Of a stretch of 64,000 bases of DNA, positions 38,749 through 49,186 are shown one piece after another (positions within the stretch are counted from its first letter, which is position 1; each line of letters starts with the position of its first letter). A program made the position numbers and the translations under genes. Below the pieces are notes generated by a model, which saw only the letters and a list, made by a program, of their open reading frames with translations, made no database searches and was not told where the DNA came from. The stretch is from a virus, in the IMG/VR virus record IMGVR_UViG_3300045975_000444, positions 1 through 64,000 of that record; one strand, written 5' to 3'.

Positions 38749-39683
38749 CAGGGCACCGCCTCGTCGATCGAGAAGCCATAGCGCCCCGTGAGCGTCGTCC
38801 TGTGGTCGAAAGTCGCGCGGTCGCCGAGGTAGCCGTAGATCGCGCCGGGGGTCTTGTAGTCGAGCGCGACCGAGCCGATCGCCGGGACGAACGCATAGGG
38901 ATCGACGATGATCGGCCGCCCGTCGGTCTGCTCGATCGCCGACCGGAACTGCTCCATGTCGTCGAGCGAGTCGAGTGTCACGACCTGATCGGTCGCATTG
39001 CGCGCCGCCACGCGTGATGACGTGAACTGGAGCTTCCGGATGCGCCGGTGCCTTACCCAGGCGCGCTCCCCGGAATCGAGCTGGACCGTGTCCGACACGC
39101 TCTCGGTCATGGTCCGCCAGCGCGCCTCGACGACCTGCTCGCGGCGCATGCCGAGCCAGAGCACGCCCAGCTCGACCCAGTCGCCCGCGTTCGCGAGGTA
39201 GAAGACAACCGCCCAGAAGCGCTTGAGCGGCATGCCCTGAACCACACCACCACCGCTCGGCGCCGTCCGATTCTGGAGGTGAGAGACGATCACCGAGCCG
39301 CGGTCCTTGTCGATCGCCGGGACGATGTAGTCGATCCGGTCGGTCGCCCAGTCGAGCGCGTTCATGCCGACGATGGTGGCGTTGACCGGCGACGACTCCA
39401 CGCCCGCGGCCGAGACGTGACGGCAGTCGATGAATGCGACCGTATCGAAGATCGGGAAGTACCCGGCCTCGACCGCGGCCAAGTCGAAGGCGACGTAGTA
39501 GTAGCCGGAGGCCGTCGCGACGGCGCGCCAACGCTCGCTCCGGTCGGGATTCAAGAGCTGCGTCGCCGGATAGCGCGGATGGAAATTCGAGCCCGCGACG
39601 ACCGCCATGCCCTTGAGGAGGAGGATGTTCTCAAGCGAGAACACCGTCGCGGCGGGCGAGTAGAACTGGACGTTGTCGGCCAC
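38748..39683 (-). CDS. distal-tail-like protein, paralogue 2
   Basis: After the tape measure gene; similar to 39693-40637. Confidence 0.65.
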   Translation of the reverse strand: MADNVQFYSPAATVFSLENILLLKGMAVVAGSNFHPRYPATQLLNPDRSERWRAVATASGYYYVAFDLAAVEAGYFPIFDTVAFIDCRHVSAAGVESSPVNATIVGMNALDWATDRIDYIVPAIDKDRGSVIVSHLQNRTAPSGGGVVQGMPLKRFWAVVFYLANAGDWVELGVLWLGMRREQVVEARWRTMTESVSDTVQLDSGERAWVRHRRIRKLQFTSSRVAARNATDQVVTLDSLDDMEQFRSAIEQTDGRPIIVDPYAFVPAIGSVALDYKTPGAIYGYLGDRATFDHRTTLTGRYGFSIDEAVP

Positions 39684-39692
39684 GCGCGTCCC

Positions 39693-40637
39693 CTACCCGA
39701 TCGCTTCCTCGACCGAGAAGGTGAGGCGCCCGTAGGCGCTCGCGGCCCGGTAGAGGCGCTCTTCCCACTGGATGCGGCCGTCGAGGTAGCCGTAGATCAC
39801 CGCCCCGCTTCGGTGTGGCACGCCCGACTCATGGCGTGCCTCGTTGTAGGCAAAGGCGTAGGGGTCGACGACGACCGCGCGGCCCTCGCACGCTTCGAGC
39901 TGGGCGCGCAGTGTCTGGACATCGGCCGACTTCACGATCGGGCTCGAAAACTGGTAGGCCCGCGCGCGGCGGCGCCGGTCGAAGAAGCGCCGCCCGGTGG
40001 TCAGCACCGCATCGTCCGACATGGTCTCGCTCGTCATCCGGAGCCTTGAGTCAAGCGCCAGCGGCGTCCGGGTGCCGAGGAAGATCGCCCCGACCTCGGC
40101 GTAGCTCCCCTCCGTCTGGAACTTGACGCGGGCGTAGCGCCGCGGCGGGAGCGGCGTCGAGTCGTCGAGGGCGACGGTGTTGATGTAGAGCACGTAGACC
40201 GCCGCCGCGGGCATCTGGCGCCGCCAAATCTCGACCAGCCCGGTGTCGACGAGCGGGTTGTAGACGTCGAAGTCGACCTCCCAGAAGTCGGTCGTGAAGG
40301 CCGCGTCGCTCGCCGCCTGGAGCCACGCCCGGAAGAGCAGGAACTCGAAGCCATTGGTAATCGGCTCGCCCTGCTCGGTGAGCGACCGATAGCCGACGAC
40401 GGCGAGCGTGTCGATCGGCATCGGTGTGCCGAAGTCGAAGCCGACCTGCGGATCGGGAACGCCCGTCACGACCTGGCCCCGCCATGGGCGGCTCCGCGCC
40501 TCGTCGAGGAGATTCTTGGCCGGGAAGTGCGGGTGATCGACCGAGCCCGGCAGGAGCCGGGTCGTCCCGTTGGTCACGAGGTTCTTGAGGAGGATCGTCG
40601 GGGTCGCAATCGAGTAGCTCTGTCCCCAGACCGCCAT
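39693..40637 (-). CDS. distal-tail-like protein, paralogue 1
   Basis: Immediately after the tape measure gene; FPAKNLL..RSRPWR, FSVEEA end. Confidence 0.65.
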   Translation of the reverse strand: MAVWGQSYSIATPTILLKNLVTNGTTRLLPGSVDHPHFPAKNLLDEARSRPWRGQVVTGVPDPQVGFDFGTPMPIDTLAVVGYRSLTEQGEPITNGFEFLLFRAWLQAASDAAFTTDFWEVDFDVYNPLVDTGLVEIWRRQMPAAAVYVLYINTVALDDSTPLPPRRYARVKFQTEGSYAEVGAIFLGTRTPLALDSRLRMTSETMSDDAVLTTGRRFFDRRRRARAYQFSSPIVKSADVQTLRAQLEACEGRAVVVDPYAFAYNEARHESGVPHRSGAVIYGYLDGRIQWEERLYRAASAYGRLTFSVEEAIG

Positions 40638-40646
40638 GGAGCCCTC

Positions 40647-43600
40647 TTAGGCCGCCGGTCCCGTGGTGACGGCGCCCGCTCGCTGCCGCCGTGTGTTCGA
40701 CTTCTCGACCTGGCGCGACACCTGGACGCCGTCGAGATAGGTCGTCGCGGTGACGCCGTCGTCGAGAAGGCGCGCCAGGAGGATGGTCATCTGGCGCATG
40801 ATCGCGTTCAACTCCGCCTGCTCCTCGGGCGAGATCTTCCGCGTGTCGGGTCCGGCCGGCACGAGCGACTCGAAGGCGAGCTGGGCCGTCGCGCCCAGGA
40901 TGTCGGCCTTGACCTTGCCCAGCTCGACCATCTCGGTTTCGAGCTGCGCGGTCGCGTCGGACACGTCCTCGGCCGCATCGGCCGCCCGCTCGGCTGCGTC
41001 GGCGGTCGTGTCGGCCGACTCGGCCACGTAGCCGAGGTCCGACGCGAAGCTCTTGGTCGTGCCGGCGAACTCGGCGAAGAGCGGCAAGAGCGCCTCGGTC
41101 TCGTCGTGGATGTAGCCGAGGATGATGCGCGTCTCCGCGATGCCCTGCTCGCGGGTCTTCTTGCCCTCGGCGACCTGCTTCCAGACGAGGTCCAGGTAGG
41201 CGAGAAATGGAGCGAGCGCGCCCTGGATCAGGGCGTCGGCGATGAATGCCTGGATCAGCGCGTCGAGCACGTGCTCGTAGATGCCCTTGCGGACGTTGTT
41301 CAGGAACTCCTCGGGCGTCTTGGAGTCGCGGAACGCCGCGGCGATGCCACCCTTGACGCCCTCGGGTAGTGCCTCCTTGGTCTCCTTGGCGATGTCGACA
41401 CCGAAGAGCTTGGCGAGCTTCTGGAAGCCGGGCTGCGCGTACTCGGCCAGGGTGACGAAGTCGTCGCCCATCCGGTCGGCGATCTTCGAGAGGGTCTTTC
41501 CCTCGGCGATCGAGATGGTGCCGTCCTCCATCGCCTTGGTGTAGGCCGCCTCCCACTCCTCCTGGTACTTCTTCATCACCGGCGAGAGGATCAGGGCATT
41601 GATCATGCCCTCGACCACACCCTTGAACGTCGCCTCGTTGAAGGCCTTCCTGAGATCCTCCTTGGTGCCGCCCCGCCAGAAGTCCTCGATTGCGCCGGAG
41701 AGGCCGCCGACGATTCCCTCGGAGGTCGCGTCGCCGAGGTCGACGCCGAAGTCCTTGGCAATGTCCTTGACGATCGGCTTTAGCTCCTTGGCGTCCTGCT
41801 TCATCTGGGCGCCGAACTTCTTGGCCTCGGTCGTGATCTCCTGCATCTCCTCGGGCGTGATGACCCCGTCGGCCTTGGCCTTCTTGAACAGCTCGGAGAT
41901 CTTCTCGACCATCTTCTCGACTTCGGGCGCGAAGATGGCGGCGATCAGCCCGTCGATCAGCCCCTGTCCGGTCGCTTCCGAGATCGCCTCGCTCAGCTCC
42001 TGCTCGGTCCCGCCCGCGAAGAAGTCGGCGATCGCCGCGTCGTAGTTGAACGAGACCTTGAACTCCTTCTCCTCGTCTCCCTCCTCGTCCTCCTCGGGCT
42101 TGGGCGCGTGCGGCGAGAGCGGCACGGTGTAGCCGTCGCGTGGCCCGCCGGGGGAGCTGGTCCGCGGCGGCGGGCTCGCGACGCCACGACCCGAGGCGCC
42201 TCCGCTGGTCCGGCCCGAGCGGCTCGACACGGTCTCAAGACCGAGCATCGATGCCGTCGACTCCAGGTCGCTCTCGCCCCCACCCGCCCTGCGAATGCTC
42301 GTCCGCCGCCGGACGATCCCGCCACCGCCACCGCCACCGCCAGTGCTGAAGTCGATGGAGGCGAGGCCGGCGGCGATGCCCTGGAGCGCCGCGGCCAGGG
42401 CGCCGCCCGCGTCGGCGATCGCTTGCGCGCCGGCCGCGCCGGCATCCTCGAAGCCCGGCCCGACGCTTTCGAGCCCGGCGGTCAGGGCCGCGGTGATCTG
42501 GGCGAGCGGGCTCATGCCCTGGCCGAGCTTCCCGACCGAGTCGGCGATCGACTTGGCCAGCTCCGGGCTGACCTTCAAGAGCTGCTCGAATGCCAGGACG
42601 AACGAGTCGGCGTCCTGCGGCGAGATGCCACCGACCCGCGTCAGAGTCTCGCGGAGCTTCTCGGCCGCGCCCGGCTCCATCTCCGCCATGTCGTCCATGG
42701 CGTCCTTGATCTTCGCAGCACCCGTCGGGTCGATGTCGCTGATGTCTTCGAGCGTCTCGCGGAAATTCTTTGCCGCGCCGGGGTCGATGCCGGCGAGCGC
42801 CTGCGTGATCTGCTCGCCGATGCCGGTCTTGAAGCCCTCGCGCAGCTCTTCGAGCGAGCGCCGGACGTTCTCGCCCGTGCCCGGCTCGATCTGCTCCAGG
42901 TCGCCCAAGCCTTCCTTCACGCGGCGGGCGAAGCGCGTCAAGCCCTCGCCGACCTGCTCGATCGTGCGGACGAGCGGCTCGCGCCGGGTCGGCTCCTCGC
43001 GCGCGACCGCGATGCCTTCGAGGCCAAGCTCCTCCTTCTCGCGCCGGGCGCGCTCGCGGCGGCGCTCCTCCAGGCGACGCTCCCGCTGGCGCTCCTCTCG
43101 GGTCGGGAGATCGCGCTGCTCGCGCTCGCGCTGCTCGTCGCGCTCCTTCCTGCGCTTCTCGGCCGGAGTGAGCGGCGGCCCGAGCCCGGCGTCCCTGCCG
43201 ATGCCGATCAGGTCCTCAAGGAAGGGCAGGACGAACTCGACCGCCTTGCCACCCTGCTCGACGATGATCGTCGCCAGCTCGCGCAAGCCCTCGCGCTCAG
43301 CCGGCGTGATCTCCTTGCCGCCCGGACCCTCCGGTGAGAGAGCGTCCTTCACGGCGATGTCCCAGAAGGCCAGGAATGGTGCCAGGAAGCCCTGCACGAC
43401 GACCGCGTTGATGAGCGCGTCGGCCATCCCGCCGATGATCGCCTCGGTTAGGCCCGCCTTGATGTCCTCGCCAAGCGTGACGCTGATCTCGCCTAACGGC
43501 TTCTTCCCGACGATCCCTTCGGTCAGCGCCTTCGAGATCGGGCCGGAGAGGATGGCGCGCTCTTGCGCCTTGGCGTTCTCGACCGCAGCCGTGATCTCCG

Positions 43601-46600
43601 CCTGACGCTTGGCCGCCGCGTTGTCGAAGATCTGGTTGATGATCTTGCCGGACTCCTCCGCGCCCTTGGCGAGCTGGAGCCCTTGCAGGTACATCTTCTC
43701 GCCGATCGCGGAGAGGTCGGCTGCCTCGGCGGCGTCGACGTAGCCGTCCTCCATCGCCGCCGCGAACGTGACCTCGTACTGGGTCGTCAGCTCGGCCAGG
43801 CGCTTGGCCGCCGGTGATTCGGCCAGCCCCTTGAGCGAGGCGTCGATGGCCGCCTGCTTCTGGGCCGCGAGGATCGACTCGGAGGTGAGTGCGCGGGTGA
43901 CCTCGCCCTCCCGGCCCGGCGCCGCCACTGCCGCTTCGAGGAGACGCGCGTTCATCTGCTCGATCGCTTGCAGATTCTGCTCGGTCTGCTCGGCCATGAG
44001 ACCGAAGAACTCCTCGACCTTGGTCGGGGCGAGCGCCTCGTCGATCGCCTTGTCGACCTCCTTCCAGGCCGCCACCTGGGCCTTGATCTGCGGGAGATAG
44101 GACTGAAGGTTGCCCTTCCCTTCGGCGATCGCGTTGGTGATCTCGGTCGTCCACTCCTGAAGTCCCTCGGGGGTCTTCAGGTCGAAGTCCTCGGCGCGGT
44201 CGAGCACGTCGAAGACCGGCTGGAAGGAGGTCGCGATCGCCGTCTTGTCGAAGAGCTGCTTGGTCGACTCTTCGAGGAACTTGGTCTTGATGGGCGCCTT
44301 GAGCTGCTCGGTGAGCGCCTGCACCCCGCCCTCGGGCGTCGCCGCCTCGAAGATCTTGGCCCAATTCTCACCGATGAACTGCGCCGAGGCCGCGGCCGAC
44401 TTGGTGAGCTTCTCGAAGGTCTCCTGATTGACGGTGTAGCCCTGCTTGGCGAGATCCTTCCAGAGTTCCGCGAAGTCGTTGAAGTCGGCCGCGCCCGAGA
44501 GGAGCCACTCCTTCTGCGCCTGGTTCAAGCCCTCGAAGGCGAGCTTGCCGTCCTTCTCCAGGGAGAGCAGTGCCTGGAGGCCGAGCTGCGTCCCTTGCGG
44601 GAAATCCTGCTCGAAAATCTCGACCAGCCCGGCGGCCGACTCGCCGAGCGCGTTGATGCCCTCGGCCTGCGCCTCGGTGTCGGTTGCCCCGGTAAACTCC
44701 TTGGCGGCAAGCGTGACCTGCTCTTGGGCATCGCCGAGCTTGCGGAACGCCTTGTAGACGTCGACGCCCGCCTCGCGGGCCAAGCCGCGGAAGCTCTCCC
44801 TCGCGAACTGGAGCGCCTCGTCGACGGTCATCCCCTCTTCGATGCCGCGCGAGAAATACTCCCCGAAAAGCTGGCCCATCTCCAAGCCGATGCGCCCGGC
44901 GTCCTCGGGATGCTCGGCGCCCTCGCCGAAGATGATCCCGAAGAGGGCTTGCCCCTGAGCGGAGATCTCGCGGAACGCTTGCTCGCTAAGGCCGCGCTCC
45001 AGAGCGACTTGGCGCGAGCGTGCCTTGACCGGGTCCTCGCGCGAGAACGGCCCGAGCACCGCTTGCACCGGACCCTCGGGACCGAAGATCTCCGAGCCGG
45101 CGAGGTATCGCTGCGCCTCTCTCCGATACGCCGTCCCGAGCGTCGGGATGCCGAGGAGGCCGAAGCCGATGTCGTTCAAGAAGTCGCGCACTGCGGGGAT
45201 GAATGCCGCCGGCCCGAGGAACGCCGTCGCCGTCATCGGCAAGAGATTCTCGGAAATGGTCCCCTGAAAGGTACGCTCGCGAAGCGCTTCGCGATTGACG
45301 CCCTGGAGCAGGAACTTCCCGAAGATCGACGAGACGGCGCCGACCAGAAGCCCGATGATCCCGCCAGCGCCGCCGCCGAGCCCACCGACGGCGGCGCCGA
45401 CGATGGTCGACATGATGGTGTTGACGAGCTGGGCGTTCTTCAGGATGGAGCGCTCGACGTTCGCCAGCCGGGCAGGGAGCCCGGTGTCGCTGATCAAGCC
45501 GCCGAAGAGCTGCGCGCCCTGGAAGCCGCCGAGCGCGCCCGCAAAGGCGCCGGCCCCCGAGAAGCCGCCGCCGGCAATCGCCTCTCCGGCCGGCGCCGTG
45601 CTTGAGCTGCCGCCGACGACGTTGGCGAATTGCCCGGTGCCCGACGTCGAGATGGCCGTCCCGCCCGCGCTGATCACGGTCGTGCCACCGCCGAAGAGAC
45701 TGCCAAGCCCGAGCTTGTTGGCGGCCCAGCCGAGAATCCCGGTATTGCTGTTCGAGCCGAGCAGCAGACTGAGGAGCCCGGTCTGACCAGAGCCGCCCGT
45801 GCTGATGTTGGCGGCGTTGAGGAGCCCGCCACCCCCGGTGACGAGGTTCCCGGTCGAGAGGTCGACGCTCACCCCCGGCAAGAGCACGCCGCCGCCCGGC
45901 GTGAGCGTGTTGCCGCCGATCCCGATCCCGCCCCCGCCGCCGCCACCCAAGCCAAAGAGGTTGCCGATCAGGCCGAGCCCCTGGCCGGCGATGTCGAAGA
46001 CACCCTGGAACGCGCCGCCGAGCGTGCCCTGCGTCGTCTTCCCGAGATCGAAGATGTTCGCCTTGAAGACCTGGTCGAAACCGAGCTTCTCGGTCAGGAC
46101 CGCCTTGAACATGTCGCGGCCGATCGACTTGCCGAGATTCTTGAACGCCTCGCCGAGGTCCTCGCCCTCGAAGACGACGTCGGCGAGCGTATCGGCGAAG
46201 CGCTCGCCGAACTCGATCACCGACTCGTTGACTTGGTCGAACTGCTCGCGGAGGCGCTCGGCCTCGTCGGCCGCGTCGACGATGTTGGTCGCGAGGTCGC
46301 GGTTGCCGACGTTGATGGTCTCCTGGTCGATCGCGATCTGCCGGTAGGCCTCCTCGATCGGGATGAGCCCCTGTTGGGCCTGGCGGAGGTAGTTGAGTTC
46401 GGCGTTGATCTGCTTGAGGCGCTCCTGACCCGCCTGCTGCTTTTGCAGCTCCCGGACCGCCTTGAGATCCTCCTCTCTCGCGCGGGTCGTCTCCTTGAGC
46501 AGCGCGATCTCTTTCTCGTTGGCGCCGAGCTGGACGGCTTGCTGCGCCGCCGCCTGGACCTTCAAGTCGATGAGCCGCTCCTCGACCTCGGCCGAGTCGA

Positions 46601-49163
46601 GCTTCTGCGCGACGATCTCCTCCCAGACCTGGCGCTCCTGGGCGGCCGCTTCGGCCGAGGTATTGGTCTCCTCGATCAGGCTCTTGATCGCCTCTTGCTG
46701 GCGCTCGTAGGCCTGCGTGACCTTCTTCGACTCGGCCTCCTGCTTGGAGAGTTCCTCCTGACTCTTGCCGACCGCGGTCACGAGCTTGCCGTGCTCGGCT
46801 GCCGTCTTGGCCGTCACCCCGAGGCTCTTCTGCTGGCTCTCGGCGAGCTTGCCGTCGGCCTCGGCCGCGTCGAGCGTGCCCTGCTTGCGCTTTTCAAGGA
46901 GGTCGAGTTGCTCTCGGAGCGCGACGTTCTGCTCGCGTGCCGCCTGCTCGGCATCGACACCGCCGGCCGCCTTCTTCGCCTCCAGCTCGGCCCGGTAGAA
47001 GTCGAGCTTGGCCTTCTTGTTGATGTCGGTGGCCTGCTGGGCAGCCTCGGCGGCATTCAACTCGGCCTCGCGCTGCTTGACGAGGACATCGATGTAGCCT
47101 TCGGCCGAGACCGGCAGGCTACCGGCCGCGGCGAGCGCCTCCTGCATCGCCGACGTGTAGGCGCGGATGCTGTTGACCGACTGCGCCAGTTCGAGCGCGC
47201 CCGCGGCCGCTTGCTGCTCCTGGAGCGAGAGGAACGCCATCCCCGAGCCAAGGCCGCGCACCGCATCCTCGGCGAGGCCAAGGGCGACCGCGAGGACCTT
47301 GAGGTTCTCCGATTGACGCAGGTATTCGTCGGTGAGCGCCTTCTCGCCCGCCGTGTCGTGCGCGCGGATGGCGATCTGACGCTTCTGCAAAAGGTCGTCG
47401 AGAGCCCTGTTGACCTCGTCGATCGCGGCCTGCGCACCCTTGAGGTCGCCCGCCAGGCCCGCCGCGACACCGCCCGAGATGGTCCGGTCGAGTCCTGCCG
47501 ACCTTGCGACCGACTCGGCCGCACGCCCGGAGATCTTCTGGCCGATGTCCGCGTCGGCAAGCCGCCGCTCGATGCCCTTGGCGATCTCCGAGCCGAGCGC
47601 CGCGCCGATCGCGAAGCCCCCGACCGCGACTGCCGCAACGACGGCCGGGCCGCCGAGCGTGGCCCCGATGGCCGCCCCGAGCGCACCGCCGACCGTGCCG
47701 AGTGCCGCCGGGACGCTCGTCAGGAGCGACGTGGCGATCCCGGTCGCGAGCGAGAGGGCGATCCCCGGCGCGGCGGCGGCGATGGCGAGCGTGATCTGAC
47801 CGACCATGTCGGTCACCGCATCGAGAACGACCGGGATGCCGCCCGAGATGGCGTCGGCGAAGATCTCGCCGAGCGACTCACCCTTGGCCGCGCTCGCAAG
47901 CGCATCGCCCAAGCGCTTGCCGATGTCGCCGAAGGCGTCGGCCAGACCCGACTCGGCAATCGCCTTGCGGATCGATTCGAGGAACTCGCTCAAGCCCGGC
48001 GCCAGCTCGGCCGCCAACTGCGTCGCGAGCCCCTCGGCCGCCGCCTGGATCGCCGAGAGATTCGTGGCGACGCTCGCGAGATTCTTGATCTGCTCGCCCG
48101 AGAGTGCCCGGCCGACCTTCTCGGCCTCGGCGGCGAGCCGGCCTAACCCCTCGCCACCCTCGGCCAAAAACGGCAAGAGCTGGAGCGCGTTGCGCCCGAA
48201 TAGCTCCATGGCGAGCGCCGTACGCTCGGCCGACGGTCCCATCGCCGCCATCTTGTCGGCGACGAGCTGGAGCAGCTCGGACGACGAGCGCGCCTGGTCG
48301 GTTGCGATGCCGAGCTTCTGGAAGACCTCCTGAAAGCGCTCGGAGCCGTCGCGCGCTGCCTCGTAGGCACGAACAAGCTGGCCGACGCCGCGCGAGACGC
48401 CCTCGAAGGAGGTCCCCGTGACCTCGGCCGCGAACTTGAGCTTCGACAGCTCCTCGGCGGCGATGCCGGTCGACTGCGCCAGGTCGGCGAGCTGGCGCCC
48501 CGACTGGATCTGCTGATTCACCTCGGCGATCGCGTCCTTGACCGCCTTGAAGGAGACGACGACTGCGGCGGCCTTGAGCACCACATTCGTCAGCTCCGAG
48601 ACGACGCTCTGACCGATGCCGGTCCCGAGCGCGCCGAGATTGCCCGTGGACCGGATGAACTGGAGCTGATCGTAGAGCGTGCTGAGATCGCGCTGGCTCG
48701 CGGCCGCCTGCCGGCCGACGCTGGTGATGCCCTCGGCGAGAGTCTCGGTCGCCCGCCCGCCCGCCTGAGCTGCCTCCCCGATCCGCGATGCCTGGTCGCC
48801 GAACAGCTCTAGCTGCTGGCCCGAGGCGGCCGCGGCCTGACCCGTTGCCACCAAGCCCTCGCGGGTCTCTTCGAGCTGCTCCGCGATCGCCCCGAAGCCG
48901 CCGGCCTGGGCCGCACTGGCGATACCCTGGACGATGCCCTCGAAGGCCCCCGCGAGCGCGGTCGCCGAGGCGGTCGCCTCGGTCAGCGAGGCGGCCAGCG
49001 TCCCGGCGCCCTGCTGCGCCTGAGCGAGCGACTCGGCGAGACCCTGGAAGCCCGAGGTCCCGGCAATCGAGTTGCCAACCTCCTGAGCTAGGCCCGCGAG
49101 ACGGCGGAGCCCGGCCTCCGCGTCCGCGATGTCGAGAGTGATCCTTACCGGGATGTCGGGCAC
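40647..49163 (-). CDS. tape measure protein (2838 aa)
   Basis: Ala/Gly-rich helical; DLAQSTGIAAEELSKL, AMELFGR motifs; C-terminal YLDGVQV; follows the chaperone. Confidence 0.92.
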   Translation of the reverse strand: MPDIPVRITLDIADAEAGLRRLAGLAQEVGNSIAGTSGFQGLAESLAQAQQGAGTLAASLTEATASATALAGAFEGIVQGIASAAQAGGFGAIAEQLEETREGLVATGQAAAASGQQLELFGDQASRIGEAAQAGGRATETLAEGITSVGRQAAASQRDLSTLYDQLQFIRSTGNLGALGTGIGQSVVSELTNVVLKAAAVVVSFKAVKDAIAEVNQQIQSGRQLADLAQSTGIAAEELSKLKFAAEVTGTSFEGVSRGVGQLVRAYEAARDGSERFQEVFQKLGIATDQARSSSELLQLVADKMAAMGPSAERTALAMELFGRNALQLLPFLAEGGEGLGRLAAEAEKVGRALSGEQIKNLASVATNLSAIQAAAEGLATQLAAELAPGLSEFLESIRKAIAESGLADAFGDIGKRLGDALASAAKGESLGEIFADAISGGIPVVLDAVTDMVGQITLAIAAAAPGIALSLATGIATSLLTSVPAALGTVGGALGAAIGATLGGPAVVAAVAVGGFAIGAALGSEIAKGIERRLADADIGQKISGRAAESVARSAGLDRTISGGVAAGLAGDLKGAQAAIDEVNRALDDLLQKRQIAIRAHDTAGEKALTDEYLRQSENLKVLAVALGLAEDAVRGLGSGMAFLSLQEQQAAAGALELAQSVNSIRAYTSAMQEALAAAGSLPVSAEGYIDVLVKQREAELNAAEAAQQATDINKKAKLDFYRAELEAKKAAGGVDAEQAAREQNVALREQLDLLEKRKQGTLDAAEADGKLAESQQKSLGVTAKTAAEHGKLVTAVGKSQEELSKQEAESKKVTQAYERQQEAIKSLIEETNTSAEAAAQERQVWEEIVAQKLDSAEVEERLIDLKVQAAAQQAVQLGANEKEIALLKETTRAREEDLKAVRELQKQQAGQERLKQINAELNYLRQAQQGLIPIEEAYRQIAIDQETINVGNRDLATNIVDAADEAERLREQFDQVNESVIEFGERFADTLADVVFEGEDLGEAFKNLGKSIGRDMFKAVLTEKLGFDQVFKANIFDLGKTTQGTLGGAFQGVFDIAGQGLGLIGNLFGLGGGGGGGIGIGGNTLTPGGGVLLPGVSVDLSTGNLVTGGGGLLNAANISTGGSGQTGLLSLLLGSNSNTGILGWAANKLGLGSLFGGGTTVISAGGTAISTSGTGQFANVVGGSSSTAPAGEAIAGGGFSGAGAFAGALGGFQGAQLFGGLISDTGLPARLANVERSILKNAQLVNTIMSTIVGAAVGGLGGGAGGIIGLLVGAVSSIFGKFLLQGVNREALRERTFQGTISENLLPMTATAFLGPAAFIPAVRDFLNDIGFGLLGIPTLGTAYRREAQRYLAGSEIFGPEGPVQAVLGPFSREDPVKARSRQVALERGLSEQAFREISAQGQALFGIIFGEGAEHPEDAGRIGLEMGQLFGEYFSRGIEEGMTVDEALQFARESFRGLAREAGVDVYKAFRKLGDAQEQVTLAAKEFTGATDTEAQAEGINALGESAAGLVEIFEQDFPQGTQLGLQALLSLEKDGKLAFEGLNQAQKEWLLSGAADFNDFAELWKDLAKQGYTVNQETFEKLTKSAAASAQFIGENWAKIFEAATPEGGVQALTEQLKAPIKTKFLEESTKQLFDKTAIATSFQPVFDVLDRAEDFDLKTPEGLQEWTTEITNAIAEGKGNLQSYLPQIKAQVAAWKEVDKAIDEALAPTKVEEFFGLMAEQTEQNLQAIEQMNARLLEAAVAAPGREGEVTRALTSESILAAQKQAAIDASLKGLAESPAAKRLAELTTQYEVTFAAAMEDGYVDAAEAADLSAIGEKMYLQGLQLAKGAEESGKIINQIFDNAAAKRQAEITAAVENAKAQERAILSGPISKALTEGIVGKKPLGEISVTLGEDIKAGLTEAIIGGMADALINAVVVQGFLAPFLAFWDIAVKDALSPEGPGGKEITPAEREGLRELATIIVEQGGKAVEFVLPFLEDLIGIGRDAGLGPPLTPAEKRRKERDEQREREQRDLPTREERQRERRLEERRRERARREKEELGLEGIAVAREEPTRREPLVRTIEQVGEGLTRFARRVKEGLGDLEQIEPGTGENVRRSLEELREGFKTGIGEQITQALAGIDPGAAKNFRETLEDISDIDPTGAAKIKDAMDDMAEMEPGAAEKLRETLTRVGGISPQDADSFVLAFEQLLKVSPELAKSIADSVGKLGQGMSPLAQITAALTAGLESVGPGFEDAGAAGAQAIADAGGALAAALQGIAAGLASIDFSTGGGGGGGGIVRRRTSIRRAGGGESDLESTASMLGLETVSSRSGRTSGGASGRGVASPPPRTSSPGGPRDGYTVPLSPHAPKPEEDEEGDEEKEFKVSFNYDAAIADFFAGGTEQELSEAISEATGQGLIDGLIAAIFAPEVEKMVEKISELFKKAKADGVITPEEMQEITTEAKKFGAQMKQDAKELKPIVKDIAKDFGVDLGDATSEGIVGGLSGAIEDFWRGGTKEDLRKAFNEATFKGVVEGMINALILSPVMKKYQEEWEAAYTKAMEDGTISIAEGKTLSKIADRMGDDFVTLAEYAQPGFQKLAKLFGVDIAKETKEALPEGVKGGIAAAFRDSKTPEEFLNNVRKGIYEHVLDALIQAFIADALIQGALAPFLAYLDLVWKQVAEGKKTREQGIAETRIILGYIHDETEALLPLFAEFAGTTKSFASDLGYVAESADTTADAAERAADAAEDVSDATAQLETEMVELGKVKADILGATAQLAFESLVPAGPDTRKISPEEQAELNAIMRQMTILLARLLDDGVTATTYLDGVQVSRQVEKSNTRRQRAGAVTTGPAA

Positions 49164-49186
49164 CTACACCTCCGACTCCCGATCGC

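Noticed and set aside
33439-39531. 2030-aa ORF as listed in the track
   Set aside because: The first ~260 aa are an off-frame overlap of 38748-39683; the likely start is 38748
34505-48146. Long Arg/Pro/Gly-rich alternative-frame and antisense ORFs (e.g. 34505-37423, 45630-48146)
   Set aside because: Shadow ORFs expected from high-GC codon bias
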